Assembly: GCA_965219385.1 (NCBI GenBank)
Contig: CBDCNM010000002.1
Location: 2,660,936 to 2,724,935 of the forward strand
DNA length: 64,000 nucleotides
From: Candidatus Latescibacterota bacterium
Lineage (GTDB): Bacteria; Latescibacterota; UBA2968; UBA8231
Direction of reading: 5' to 3'
Each line of letters begins with the position of its first letter. Within the stretch, counting starts at the first letter, position 1. Shown in pieces: positions 46,839 through 56,501 of the stretch. The translations under genes were made by a program, and so were the position numbers. A model generated the notes under the pieces. That model saw nothing but the letters and a program-made list of their open reading frames with translations, made no database searches and was not told where the DNA came from.

Positions 46839-47790
46839 GAGGCCCGAGGTTCGGGTCAATGGGCACATTTCCAGGAACGAGACCATCCTCAAACTGGCCA
46901 GGCGGGACCACAGCGGCCGGCCCCTGGAAGAGGTGGTGCGCGATCTGGCCCGGGATAAACTGGCCGAGGCCGATGCCCTGCTCCGGGAAATCGACGAGAA
47001 GTGGGCCCCGCCGCCCTTTGATCCGTTCCTGGTGGCCCAGGCCCTGGGGATCCGCTGCCTGCCGGTGGAAGAGTCGTGGCTGAAGGATGCCATGATCTGC
47101 GTGTATGATGGCATCCTCACCATTTTGTTCCGGCCGCAACGTTCCACGGCGCGCACCCACTTCAATATCTTTCACGAAATCGCCCACACCCTCTTTCCCG
47201 ACTATCACTACAACCACCCCTACCAGCACTCCAGGAGGCCCCGGCTTTTCGAGCCGGAAGGGCAGCTGGAGTACCTGTGCGATATTGCCGCTGCCGAATT
47301 CCTGATGCCCATGGACCTGTTCAGCGCGGACCTGGCGGATAAGGGTTTTGGGGCCGGGCGCGTGGACTCCCTGTGCCGATGCTACGGGGCTTCCATGGAG
47401 GCGGTGTGCCTGCGGATGGTGGAGTCGAACCTGGAGGAGTGCACCCTGGCACTCGTGGAACACCGGTACCAGCGCAAAAGCCATCGCCGCAAGGACCGGG
47501 AATTGCCGCCGGAGGAGGCAAACCCCGCCCGGGAGAATATCCGGGTGGTGTACTCGGCCCCGTCCAGGTGCTTTCGCGCCCGGAAACTCTTCATTCCGCC
47601 GCATCTGGCGGTGGGGCACAGGAGCTGTATCCACCAGGCGGCGCGGAGCAAGAAGCCGGCCATGGGAGAGGAGTGTCTGGAACTGGGCCGGGGGCAGTCG
47701 CAACAGTTTTATATCGAGGCTCTGCCCGTGACTTCTCGACCGCGCCGCCACGGGCGCAGTCCGGTGCTGGCGTTTTTTTATCCCAGGTAG
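46831..47790 (+). CDS. ImmA/IrrE family metallo-endopeptidase
   Basis: RTHFNIFHEIAH, EYLCDIAAAEFLMP; overlaps the XRE gene. Confidence 0.9.
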   Translation: MVERPEVRVNGHISRNETILKLARRDHSGRPLEEVVRDLARDKLAEADALLREIDEKWAPPPFDPFLVAQALGIRCLPVEESWLKDAMICVYDGILTILFRPQRSTARTHFNIFHEIAHTLFPDYHYNHPYQHSRRPRLFEPEGQLEYLCDIAAAEFLMPMDLFSADLADKGFGAGRVDSLCRCYGASMEAVCLRMVESNLEECTLALVEHRYQRKSHRRKDRELPPEEANPARENIRVVYSAPSRCFRARKLFIPPHLAVGHRSCIHQAARSKKPAMGEECLELGRGQSQQFYIEALPVTSRPRRHGRSPVLAFFYPR

Positions 47791-47794
47791 ATTA

Positions 47795-47814
47795 GGGCAA
47801 AAGCCCGTTTTTTT
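47795..47814 (+). terminator. Probable intrinsic terminator
   Basis: GGGC-AAAA-GCCC followed by GTTTTTTT. Confidence 0.5.
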
Positions 47815-47878
47815 GCTGCATCCAGAGCGGCAATTTGTTATATTGCCGCTCTAAACTTTTCAGGGGAAAGGCAGGAAT

Positions 47879-49225
47879 ATGGAGACCGGGAAAAGTCGTG
47901 AGACAAGGGAGGCCCCAGGGGGGCTGAAAGGGTTGTTGCGCAATATCGGACCGGGGGTGGTGGTCTCGGGGTCGGTGGTGGGGTCGGGAGAGTTGCTGGT
48001 GACCACGCGCATGGGGGCGGAGGTGGGATACGTGTTTCTCTGGGGGGTAATCGTGGCCTCCGTGGTGAAGTTTTTCGTCCAGATGGAGTTGGGGCGTCAG
48101 TGCATCCTGCACGACACCACCACCATCCAGCTACTGGACCGGGTGGCCGGGCTACGGCTGCGCAATACCTCCTGGGTGGCCTGGCTGTGCAGCATTGGCT
48201 ATTTCTCGGTCATGCCCGCCCTGATCGGCATCTTGAGCGCGGTAGCCGGCCTGATGATCACGATATTTCCAGGTATATCCTACAACATCTGGGCGGCGGT
48301 GATCTTTGTGGTGCTGTCGGTGCTGCTCTACCGCGGGCTGTACGAGGACCTGGAGAAGATGGTGGCGGGGCTGGTCGCCAGTTTCAGCCTGATTGTGATC
48401 GGCTCGGTGCTGGTACTGCAGGGGACGGATTATGCCATCAGCCGGGCAGAGTTGCTCTCCGGATTCCGCTTTGAAATGCCGGCGGAAGGAGCGTTCATAG
48501 CCCTGGCGGTCATGGGTTCGGTGGGGGCCACGGCCGTGGAGTTGTTCATGTATCCTTACTGGATACGGGAAAAAGGCTACCCGGATTTCGTGGGGCCCAG
48601 GGAGGATACCCCGGAGTGGCAGGAGCGCTACCGGGGGTGGATGCGGGTGCTGAAGATGGATGCCCTGGTGTGCACCTCGATTGCCCTGGTCATCACCTGC
48701 GCTTATTACCTTCTGGGGGCTTCGATCCTCAAGCAGCTCAATGTCCTGCCCCAGGGCATGAAGGTGGTGGAGCACGTGTCGCTGATCTTCACCGAGAGCA
48801 TCGGGGACTGGGCCTACTACCTGTTTATGTTCGGTGGGTTCTGTACCTTGTTTTCCACCCTGCTGGTGTTTACCGCCAGTTCCGGCCGCATCGGCATGGA
48901 CTTCCTCCACCAGATCGGCACGCCCTCCCTCAAACGCGAGGATGTCCGGTTGAAGCTGATGCGCGTCCTGCAGATCGTCTTTCCTTTCATGTGGCTTCTC
49001 GGCACCATGGTATGGGGCAGCACGCCTTTGGAACTGGTCTTTATCGGCGCCAATGCCAACAATTTGCTGCTGATCCCTCTGGCCTACGGGGTTTTGCATC
49101 TGGCCATGCGCACCCGGGACGAGGTGCGCATGGCGCTGTGGGGCGAGTTGGGACTGTTGTTTACTATCTGGGTGATCATCAACTTCACGGCGATCAATGC
49201 TTACTTGAAGTGGACGACTGGGTAG
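47879..49225 (+). CDS. NRAMP-like divalent metal/solute transporter
   Basis: GPGVVVSGSVVGSGEL; about 11 TM segments. Confidence 0.8.
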   Translation: METGKSRETREAPGGLKGLLRNIGPGVVVSGSVVGSGELLVTTRMGAEVGYVFLWGVIVASVVKFFVQMELGRQCILHDTTTIQLLDRVAGLRLRNTSWVAWLCSIGYFSVMPALIGILSAVAGLMITIFPGISYNIWAAVIFVVLSVLLYRGLYEDLEKMVAGLVASFSLIVIGSVLVLQGTDYAISRAELLSGFRFEMPAEGAFIALAVMGSVGATAVELFMYPYWIREKGYPDFVGPREDTPEWQERYRGWMRVLKMDALVCTSIALVITCAYYLLGASILKQLNVLPQGMKVVEHVSLIFTESIGDWAYYLFMFGGFCTLFSTLLVFTASSGRIGMDFLHQIGTPSLKREDVRLKLMRVLQIVFPFMWLLGTMVWGSTPLELVFIGANANNLLLIPLAYGVLHLAMRTRDEVRMALWGELGLLFTIWVIINFTAINAYLKWTTG

Positions 49226-49235
49226 GAACCAGGAC

Positions 49236-49991
49236 CTATCTGCGGTTGAATTCCACCAGGTCCTGGTAGCGCAGTCCCTCGCCGCCGAACAGGTCCAGGG
49301 CGCTGCCCACGGTGAAGTCGAGGCGGTTCCGTCCCAGGCGTCCGATCAGTTCGATGTCCGCAAAGCTGCGGATGCCGCCGGCGTAGGTGGTGGGTAGCGG
49401 GGTGATAGCGCCCAGCAGCTCTACCAGGTCCGCGTCGATGCCCTGCTGCTTGCCCTCCACCTCGGTGGCGTGGATCAGGAACTCGCTGCAGCAGGCGGCC
49501 AGGGATTCGAGATTCTCCCGGTTTATTTCGAAGTCGCTGAGCTTCTGCCAGTGGTCCGTGGCCACCACGTAGCGTCCGCGTTGTCGGGTGCAGCTCAGGT
49601 CGAGGACGAGACGCTCCCGCCCGACGGCCTGCACCATGGCCGCCAGATTGTCGCGCCGGAGGCGGCCGTCCCTGAATACATAGGAGGTGACGATAATGGC
49701 CCCGGCGCCGCGCTCGAGCCAGAGGCCGGCGTTGTCCGGGTTCATGCCGCCGCCCAGGTGCAGTCCGCCCGGGTAGGCCTTCAGGGCTTCAAAGGCGGCC
49801 TTTTCGTTGCCGGGACCCAGCAAGATCACGTGGCCCCCCTCCAGTCCGTCCCGACCGTAGAGCCGGGCAAAGTGGGCAGGGGACTTTTCCGCCTGAAAGT
49901 TGGTGCGGAGGGTGCCCTCGTCGCTCAGGGTGGAGCCCACGATCTGCTTGACCACGCCCTGATGCAGGTCGATGCAGGGACGGAAGCGCAT
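49236..49991 (-). CDS. hisA: ProFAR isomerase, eukaryotic (His6)-type
   Basis: MRFRPCIDLHQGVVKQIVGSTL, GGHVILLG, TYAGG, TVGSALD. Confidence 0.9.
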   Translation of the reverse strand: MRFRPCIDLHQGVVKQIVGSTLSDEGTLRTNFQAEKSPAHFARLYGRDGLEGGHVILLGPGNEKAAFEALKAYPGGLHLGGGMNPDNAGLWLERGAGAIIVTSYVFRDGRLRRDNLAAMVQAVGRERLVLDLSCTRQRGRYVVATDHWQKLSDFEINRENLESLAACCSEFLIHATEVEGKQQGIDADLVELLGAITPLPTTYAGGIRSFADIELIGRLGRNRLDFTVGSALDLFGGEGLRYQDLVEFNRR

Positions 49992-50161
49992 CAGCGGTCG
50001 ATCCGGTATTTTTCGAGTTTGTCGCGATCCGGGATGATGCCCTCGTCGGTGTGGATTTCGACCACGGCGTTTTCGCTGGCCAGGTGGACGCCCAGGCTGC
50101 TGGTGAAGGGCCGGGGGCGGGGCATGCGGATGGGGATGGCGGGGATGGCGGGGATCTGCAT
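49991..50161 (-). pseudogene. 56-aa mini-ORF: N-terminus and C-terminus of an enolase-superfamily (MR/MLE) gene fused by internal deletion
   Basis: MQIPAIPAIPIRMPRPRPFTSSLG...VVEIHTDEGI|IPDRDKLEKYRIDR*. Confidence 0.6.
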
Positions 50162-50189
50162 GGAGGTCCTCGGATCCGAAGGGGGCCTG

Positions 50190-51065
50190 TTATTCCCCGG
50201 CGGTGGTCACTGCAAAGGTTCCGGGCCTTTCCTCCTGGAGGGACATCACCTGGTCGGTGTGTTCCTCCAACCAGGCGCGCAGGGGGATCTCTTCCAGCTC
50301 GGGAAGCTGGAAACCCATGGCCGAGGTGCAGTCGCCCAGGAACTGGCGGCGGATGGGACCGCAACGTTCCAGCAGTTCCCGGGGCATGGTGATGTAGTCC
50401 ATGGGGCGCAGCCAGCGGTAGCCGTAGCCGAAAAACAGGCTCTTGCGGGTGATGTCCGAAAGGTTGGACCCCACGGCGTGAAAGGTGCGGTTCTCGAAAA
50501 GAACGGCGGTGCCGGGCTCGACCTGAATTTCAACGGTATTTTCCAGGTCGCCGTCCTCCTGCTCGGGGGGGCGTTGCGGCAGGTTGTTGCTGCCCGCGGC
50601 CAGGCGGATGGCGCCGCGGCCGGTTGCGCTCAGGTCGGTGAGCCAATAGGCGATCTTGATGAACATGCGCGGCGGGTTGCCGCCCAGATCGCTGGGCGCG
50701 GTGCCGCCGTCGCGGTGCCAGCCGGACTGTTTGTAGGTGCTCCCGGTTGCAGGCGGGCTCGGAGGGCGCAGGATCAGGTGCGAGGTGATGAGCTGGATAT
50801 TGTGGCTCAGCAACTGGGGCACCAGCGGCACGGTGGTGCCCCAGTCCAGCAATTCCAGGAAGAGGTCGTCGTGGACCAGGCAGTTGCGCATCTGCCAGTA
50901 GTTGCGCTCGTTGAGACCTTCCTTTTCGAGGCCTTCCTGGTAGAGACGATCCACGACCTTCAGCAGACCCTCCACCATCTCCGGAGACAAGGCGTCCGGG
51001 ACCACGAGGAAGCCGTCCCGTTCAAAGGCCCGGCGTTGCTCCTGGGTGAGCGGGGTGAATTCCAT
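50190..51065 (-). CDS. PhyH family dioxygenase
   Basis: FERDGFLVVPDAL, GWHRD, FHAVGSN. Confidence 0.88.
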   Translation of the reverse strand: MEFTPLTQEQRRAFERDGFLVVPDALSPEMVEGLLKVVDRLYQEGLEKEGLNERNYWQMRNCLVHDDLFLELLDWGTTVPLVPQLLSHNIQLITSHLILRPPSPPATGSTYKQSGWHRDGGTAPSDLGGNPPRMFIKIAYWLTDLSATGRGAIRLAAGSNNLPQRPPEQEDGDLENTVEIQVEPGTAVLFENRTFHAVGSNLSDITRKSLFFGYGYRWLRPMDYITMPRELLERCGPIRRQFLGDCTSAMGFQLPELEEIPLRAWLEEHTDQVMSLQEERPGTFAVTTAGE

Positions 51066-51118
51066 GTTTTTCTCCGGTTGGAAGCACTACCAGAATATAG
51101 GCGGGGCTGCGCGGGGCA

Positions 51119-51718
51119 TCAAGCCGGGGCCTGATACACCCCGAGAATGGTCTGGCCGTAGCCTCGCCGTCTTTGCAGGCCTAGCCGGCCTTGCTTCTGG
51201 GGCAGGTCGAGATCTTTGGCACCCTGGGCGAAAATCAGGCCCTCTTGCTCTAGGACAGGGCTGTGGCCGAGCTGGGCGAGCAGGGCCAGGGAAAGCGGCT
51301 GGCCGTGCAATTTGGCATGGTAGGGAGGATCCAGGTAAATGATGTGAAATTTTCGTTTCTGGGCCTGTAGCCGGGGCAGGAGAACCTGGGCTTTTTCGCC
51401 GTGCAGTTCCATCCCCTCCAGGCGCCATTCTCGAATCAGGGCCCGGATGTGGGCACACCGCCTCTGGTCGGGTTCGTTCAACTCGACGCAGGCGCCGCGG
51501 CTGTAGGCTTCCAGGCCCATCTGTCCACTGCCGGCGCACAAATCGAGGAAGGATCGACCCTTGAGATCGGCGCCGAGCATGGCGAAGACCGCTTCCTTGA
51601 GCATGGAGGAGGTGAAGCGGATGGCGCCCTGGCGGCGGGAGGAGAAAGGGATGGTGCGGCCCTTGAGCACACCGGTTACAATCCGCACGGCAGCCTCAGA
51701 TGGTCCTTTCCTGGGCAT
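51119..51718 (-). CDS. rsmD: 16S rRNA m2G966 methyltransferase
   Basis: RIVTG.LKGR, KEAVF, FLDLCAGSG.MGLEA.SRGA, DPPY. Confidence 0.85.
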   Translation of the reverse strand: MPRKGPSEAAVRIVTGVLKGRTIPFSSRRQGAIRFTSSMLKEAVFAMLGADLKGRSFLDLCAGSGQMGLEAYSRGACVELNEPDQRRCAHIRALIREWRLEGMELHGEKAQVLLPRLQAQKRKFHIIYLDPPYHAKLHGQPLSLALLAQLGHSPVLEQEGLIFAQGAKDLDLPQKQGRLGLQRRRGYGQTILGVYQAPA

Positions 51719-51843
51719 TCAGGGCGCTCAGTATCTGGCAACCTGCGTGGCGCAGTGGGCACCGAAAGACTCGATAGGGTGCACTTGCCGCAGGTGGTAA
51801 AAAGCACATATTATGGGATCGCAAAGATAGAAAACAAAATAGT

Positions 51844-53112
51844 ATGGAAGAAATCGAACAAAACGTCAATACTTATTCGCGGCCCGCGCAACTGGCGATC
51901 ACCGATATGCGGGTGGCGCATATACGGGGTGCGCCCTTCAACGCGGTCATCGTGCGTCTGGACACCAACCAGAGCATCAGCGGCTACGGCGAGATCCGGG
52001 ATGGGGCGAGCAAGACCTATTCGCTGATGCTCAAGAGCCGCGTTATAGGGGAAAATCCCTGCAACGTGGACAAGATTTTTCGCAAGATCAAACAGTTCGG
52101 GCACCACGCGCGCCAGGGGGGCGGGGTCTGTGGCATCGAGATGGCCTTGATGGACCTGGCCGGCAAGGCCTACGGGGTGCCGGCCTACCAGCTGGCCGGG
52201 GGCAAGTTCCGCGACCGGATCCTGTGTTATTGTGATACCCCATCCGTGCGTGACGGCAAGGAGATGGGACGCAGGCTCAAGGCGCGCATGGAGATGGGGT
52301 TCGGATTTCTCAAGATGGACGTGGGCATCGGCTTGATCAGGGATGTACCCGACACCCTCATAGCGCCACCCGGAATGCTGGAGAGCACTACGGTAATGCA
52401 TCCCTTCACCGGGATCCAGCTCACCGAGAAGGGCATCGACCTGCTCTGCCGGTACGTGGCCGAGGTGCGCCGGGAAACAGGCTACGAGATCCCCCTGGCC
52501 GCGGACCACTTCGGCCACCTGGGGCTGGAGTCGTGCATCCGTCTGGGCAAGGCTCTGGACCGGTTTTCCCTGGCCTGGTACGAGGACATGATTCCCTGGC
52601 GGTTCGCCGATCAGTACCTGCGGCTCTCCCAGGCGGTGGACACGCCGATCTGCACCGGTGAGGACATCTATCTGAAGGAAGGTTTCATGGACCTGCTCGA
52701 GCAGCGGGCGGTCGCGGTCATCCACCCGGACCTGGCCACCTCGGGCGGCATCCTGGAGACCAAGAAGATCGGCGATCTGGCCCAGGAGCACGGCATTGCC
52801 ATGGCCCTGCACATGGCCATGTCGCCGATCGCGGCCCTGGCCAGCGTGCACTGCGCCGCGGCCACGGAAAACTTCATGGCGCTGGAGAACCACTCGGTGG
52901 ACGATCTGGAGCGCTGGAGCAGCCTGGTGCAGGGCCTGCCCAAGCCGCTGATCCAGGATGGGCACATTCAGGTGCCGGAGGGGCCGGGCCTGGGATTTAC
53001 CGGGATCAACGAAGAGGTTGTGAGGGCGTTTTTACACCCGGACGATCCCGGATTCTTCGCGGGCACGGAGGCGTGGGACAACGAGCGGCCACACGATCGC
53101 CTGTGGAGTTGA
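51844..53112 (+). CDS. Mandelate racemase/MLE family enzyme
   Basis: ALMDLAGK, KMD, ADHFGH, WYED, TGED. Confidence 0.9.
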   Translation: MEEIEQNVNTYSRPAQLAITDMRVAHIRGAPFNAVIVRLDTNQSISGYGEIRDGASKTYSLMLKSRVIGENPCNVDKIFRKIKQFGHHARQGGGVCGIEMALMDLAGKAYGVPAYQLAGGKFRDRILCYCDTPSVRDGKEMGRRLKARMEMGFGFLKMDVGIGLIRDVPDTLIAPPGMLESTTVMHPFTGIQLTEKGIDLLCRYVAEVRRETGYEIPLAADHFGHLGLESCIRLGKALDRFSLAWYEDMIPWRFADQYLRLSQAVDTPICTGEDIYLKEGFMDLLEQRAVAVIHPDLATSGGILETKKIGDLAQEHGIAMALHMAMSPIAALASVHCAAATENFMALENHSVDDLERWSSLVQGLPKPLIQDGHIQVPEGPGLGFTGINEEVVRAFLHPDDPGFFAGTEAWDNERPHDRLWS

Positions 53113-53116
53113 GTGC

Positions 53117-54193
53117 ATGGATGACAAGGTATACGAAATAGCTGTCCTGAAAGGGGACGGCATTGGCCCCGAGGTCGTTGATCAGGCCGTAGAGGTGCTG
53201 GAAGTGCTAGAAAAAAAGGGCGGTCCTGCCTGCCGCTTCGAGACCTATCCGTGCGGCGCAGGGTGCTACCTGGAGCAGGGGGATCCGCTGCCCGAAACCA
53301 CCCTGAAGGCCTGCCGGCAGGCCGATGCCGTGCTCCTGGGGGCCATGGGACTGCCGCACGTGCGCTGGCCCGACGGCACGGAGATGCGGCCCCAGGTGGA
53401 TTTGCGTTTCAAGCTGGATCTGTATGCCGGGGTGCGGCCGATTTACCTGTACGCGACCTGGCATACCCCCTTGAAGGGCCTCGAAGCCGGCGACATCGAT
53501 ATGGTCATTTTGCGCGAGAACGTGGAAGGACTCTTTGCGTCCATGAACGCCGGGATCGAGTTGCACGGCGAAGTGGCGGTGGACTCCATGGTGATTACTC
53601 GCTTGGGTACCGAACGGGTGGTGCGCTATGCCTTTGAACTGGCGCGGGAGCGCCGGAAGGACCCCATGAAGGTGACCTGTGTGGACAAGGCCAATATATT
53701 CCGTTCCATGGCCTTTTTCCGCAGCGTCTACGACCGGGTGGCCCAGGACTATGCGGAAATCGAGCGGGACTACGCCTACGTTGATGCCCTGGCCCTGTAC
53801 CTGGTACAACAGCCCCAGAGCTACGATGTGATGGTGACCGAGAACATGTACGGCGATATCCTTTCGGACCTGGCCGCGGGGCTGGTGGGTGGCATGGGCA
53901 TGGCGCCCTCCGGGGATATCGGCCCGGACGCGGCGGTGTTCCAGCCCTCGCACGGCACGGCCCCGGATATCGCTGGCCAGGGCATCGCCAATCCGGTGGC
54001 TACCATCCTTTCGGCCGGCATGATGCTGCAGTGGCTGGCTGGGCGTTTTAAGGACGACGGGGCCAGGGAGGGGGCGCGCCGGATCGAAGCGGCGGTGCGG
54101 CAGGTTATGGGGACGCCGGGTGCGGGGACGCCGGATCTGGGGGGTACTATGACGACGCCGGATCTGGGGAGAGCGATTGCTGAGGCGTTGTAG
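53117..54193 (+). CDS. Isocitrate/isopropylmalate/tartrate dehydrogenase family
   Basis: GDGIGPEV, RENVEG, VDKAN, NMYGDILSD, HGTAPDIAG. Confidence 0.9.
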   Translation: MDDKVYEIAVLKGDGIGPEVVDQAVEVLEVLEKKGGPACRFETYPCGAGCYLEQGDPLPETTLKACRQADAVLLGAMGLPHVRWPDGTEMRPQVDLRFKLDLYAGVRPIYLYATWHTPLKGLEAGDIDMVILRENVEGLFASMNAGIELHGEVAVDSMVITRLGTERVVRYAFELARERRKDPMKVTCVDKANIFRSMAFFRSVYDRVAQDYAEIERDYAYVDALALYLVQQPQSYDVMVTENMYGDILSDLAAGLVGGMGMAPSGDIGPDAAVFQPSHGTAPDIAGQGIANPVATILSAGMMLQWLAGRFKDDGAREGARRIEAAVRQVMGTPGAGTPDLGGTMTTPDLGRAIAEAL

Positions 54194-54241
54194 AGCATCT
54201 AGGATGCAAACCAGCACAAGCCGGAAATGCGCAACGCGAAC

Positions 54242-55429
54242 ATGAATCGGCGCAAATTTCTGCGTGTGGGCCTCGGCCTGGCAGCCCTGCCCCTGGTGGG
54301 GCACAGGGCCAGGGCAGGTACCCCGGCCGCTGCCCGTGGACGCGCCCGCCTGCGCGATTTGGGCATTGTTATCGGCACCCTTCCGCCGGGCACCCACAAC
54401 GCCATCACCGATGTGGAAGGCGTGGCCGTGGGGCACACCACCCTCATAAAGGGCGAGGGACCCCTGCGGGTGGGAGAAGGACCGGTGCGCACCGGGGTGA
54501 CGGCCATTCTGCCCCACGGCGGGGATCTCGCCCGCGAGCAGGTGTTTGCCGCGGACTTCACCCTCAACGGCAACGGCGAGTTGACCGGGGTGGGGCCGAT
54601 CCGCCGCCGCGGCCGGCTGGGGGCGCCGATCCTGCTGACCAATACCTCAAGCGTGGGCGCGGTCTACGATGCGGCCATGGGGTACATGCTGGAGATGAAT
54701 CCGGATTTGTTTGCTCTGAGGTCACGGCCCGAGCCGGTGGTGGGCGAGACCTGGGCCGACTTTCTCAACGATACCGCCGGGAGTCACGTGCGGCCGGAGC
54801 ACGTGATAGAGGCCCTGCGCCAGGCCCGGGGCGGTCCGGTGGAGGAGGGATGCGTGGGCGGGGGTACAGGCATGCGGGCCTACGGCTTCAAGGCCGGGAT
54901 CGGTACGGCCTCGCGGAGGGTGGCCCCCGGGGAAAAGACCTATACGGTGGGGGTGCTGGTCCAGGCCAATCACGGCCGCCGTCCGCAGCTGCTGGTGGAT
55001 GGGGTCCCGGTGGGCCGCGAGATCCCCGAGTTGCTGCCCGAGCGGGGAAGCATCAAGGGCAACAAGTCGCTGTTGGTGGTGCTGGCCACGGACGCGCCCC
55101 TGCTGCCCATCCAGCTGCAGCGGCTGTGCAAGCGAGCCGCCCTTGGCATGGCCCGCACCGGCGGCATTTCCACTCAGGGAAGCGGAGATTTGCTGCTGGC
55201 GTTTTCCACTGCCCAGCGGCTCACGGAAAAAGCAATGGCTCCCGTGGCCATGTTGTCCGACTCGGTGATCACCGCCCTCTACCAGGGGGTGGTCGAAGCC
55301 ACGGAAGAGGCCATCCTCAATGCCCTGACCATGGCCTATACCATGGTGGGCCGCGACGGCAATACCATCCATGCCCTGCCGCTGGAGCGGCTGGTGGAGG
55401 TCATGCGGGACTACGGAAAGTTGAAGTGA
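54242..55429 (+). CDS. DmpA/P1 (S58) aminopeptidase with a Tat signal
   Basis: NRRKFL; NAITDV; NGNGELTG; GGGTGM; GSGD autocleavage site. Confidence 0.9.
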   Translation: MNRRKFLRVGLGLAALPLVGHRARAGTPAAARGRARLRDLGIVIGTLPPGTHNAITDVEGVAVGHTTLIKGEGPLRVGEGPVRTGVTAILPHGGDLAREQVFAADFTLNGNGELTGVGPIRRRGRLGAPILLTNTSSVGAVYDAAMGYMLEMNPDLFALRSRPEPVVGETWADFLNDTAGSHVRPEHVIEALRQARGGPVEEGCVGGGTGMRAYGFKAGIGTASRRVAPGEKTYTVGVLVQANHGRRPQLLVDGVPVGREIPELLPERGSIKGNKSLLVVLATDAPLLPIQLQRLCKRAALGMARTGGISTQGSGDLLLAFSTAQRLTEKAMAPVAMLSDSVITALYQGVVEATEEAILNALTMAYTMVGRDGNTIHALPLERLVEVMRDYGKLK

Positions 55430-56499
55430 AACGGCTGCGCGATCTGGGATTGGGCATCGGTAAACGGCCACCGGGTTTCCACAACGCGATTACCGATATT
55501 GAGGGTGTTGGCGTGGGACAGGTCGAGGTGGTGGAGGATGGGCTCTACACCGGCCTTACGGCTGTGGTGCCTTATCCGGCTCAGGTAAAGGAACGCCGGC
55601 TCTTCGTGGGGCGCTGGGCCCTGGACGATGGGGACGGTTTGACCGGGCTGGGGGTGGCCGAGGACTTCGGCACCTTTTCGACCCCGATCGTCCTGGCCCC
55701 GGCCGCGGCAGTGGGCAAAATCTACGATGCCCTCATCCAGTACGGGCTGGGACGCGACCCGGGGCTGTCCACGGCTGCGGGCTGGCCGCCGTTGGTGGTG
55801 GGGGTGGACGACAGCAGCTGGAACCCGCCCGCGCGCACTTATACCCGCGTGGGCGAGCCGGAACTCTTCCAGGCGCTCAAGGCGGTGCAGAGCGGGAAGG
55901 TGAAAGAGGGCAATGCGGGCCTGGGGTGTGGGTTGCGCGCCTTTGGGATAAAGGGGGGTACGGGTACTGCGTCCCGCGTCATCCAGACAGTCAGTGGCGC
56001 CAGGTATACCGTGGGAGGGGTGGTAGCGGCCAATGCCGGGCGCCTGGAAGGGCTGTGCGTGGATCGCTACCCGGTGGGGACCATGATGGATCGGGAGAGG
56101 GTGGATTGGGCCGGACCTCAATCCTTCGCCGCGGTGCTGGCCACGGACGCCCCGCTCCTCCCCGGCCAGCTGGACCGTCTGAGCGGGCGGTCGGCGCCCG
56201 GATTCAGCCGGGTCGGCTTGCTGGATGGCCTTACGAGCGAGGGCGTGGTGCTGGCCTTTTCCACGGCGGAGATTGTCCCACCGGAGGGGGAAGGGCGCGT
56301 GGAAGAAACAGTGCGGATGGTGGACGAGGAGGTGCTGCACGAGCTTTTTGAGGCGGTCGGCGAGGTGTGCGAGGAGGCCGTGCTCAATGCCTTGCTGTCC
56401 GCCGCTTCGATCCAAAAGCCCGGTCGTGCTCTGGAGACGCTGCCGCTGGGGGAGTGGGTCGAAGAGGTGCGGCGCTACCAACGGGAGAGAAACCGCTGA
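55426..56499 (+). CDS. DmpA/P1 paralogue lacking catalytic motifs
   Basis: HNAITDIEGVGVG, ATDAPL and LAFSTA are retained; GSGD is replaced by TSEG; GTGA overlap with the upstream gene. Confidence 0.8.
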   Translation: MKRLRDLGLGIGKRPPGFHNAITDIEGVGVGQVEVVEDGLYTGLTAVVPYPAQVKERRLFVGRWALDDGDGLTGLGVAEDFGTFSTPIVLAPAAAVGKIYDALIQYGLGRDPGLSTAAGWPPLVVGVDDSSWNPPARTYTRVGEPELFQALKAVQSGKVKEGNAGLGCGLRAFGIKGGTGTASRVIQTVSGARYTVGGVVAANAGRLEGLCVDRYPVGTMMDRERVDWAGPQSFAAVLATDAPLLPGQLDRLSGRSAPGFSRVGLLDGLTSEGVVLAFSTAEIVPPEGEGRVEETVRMVDEEVLHELFEAVGEVCEEAVLNALLSAASIQKPGRALETLPLGEWVEEVRRYQRERNR

Positions 56500-56501
56500 A
56501 G

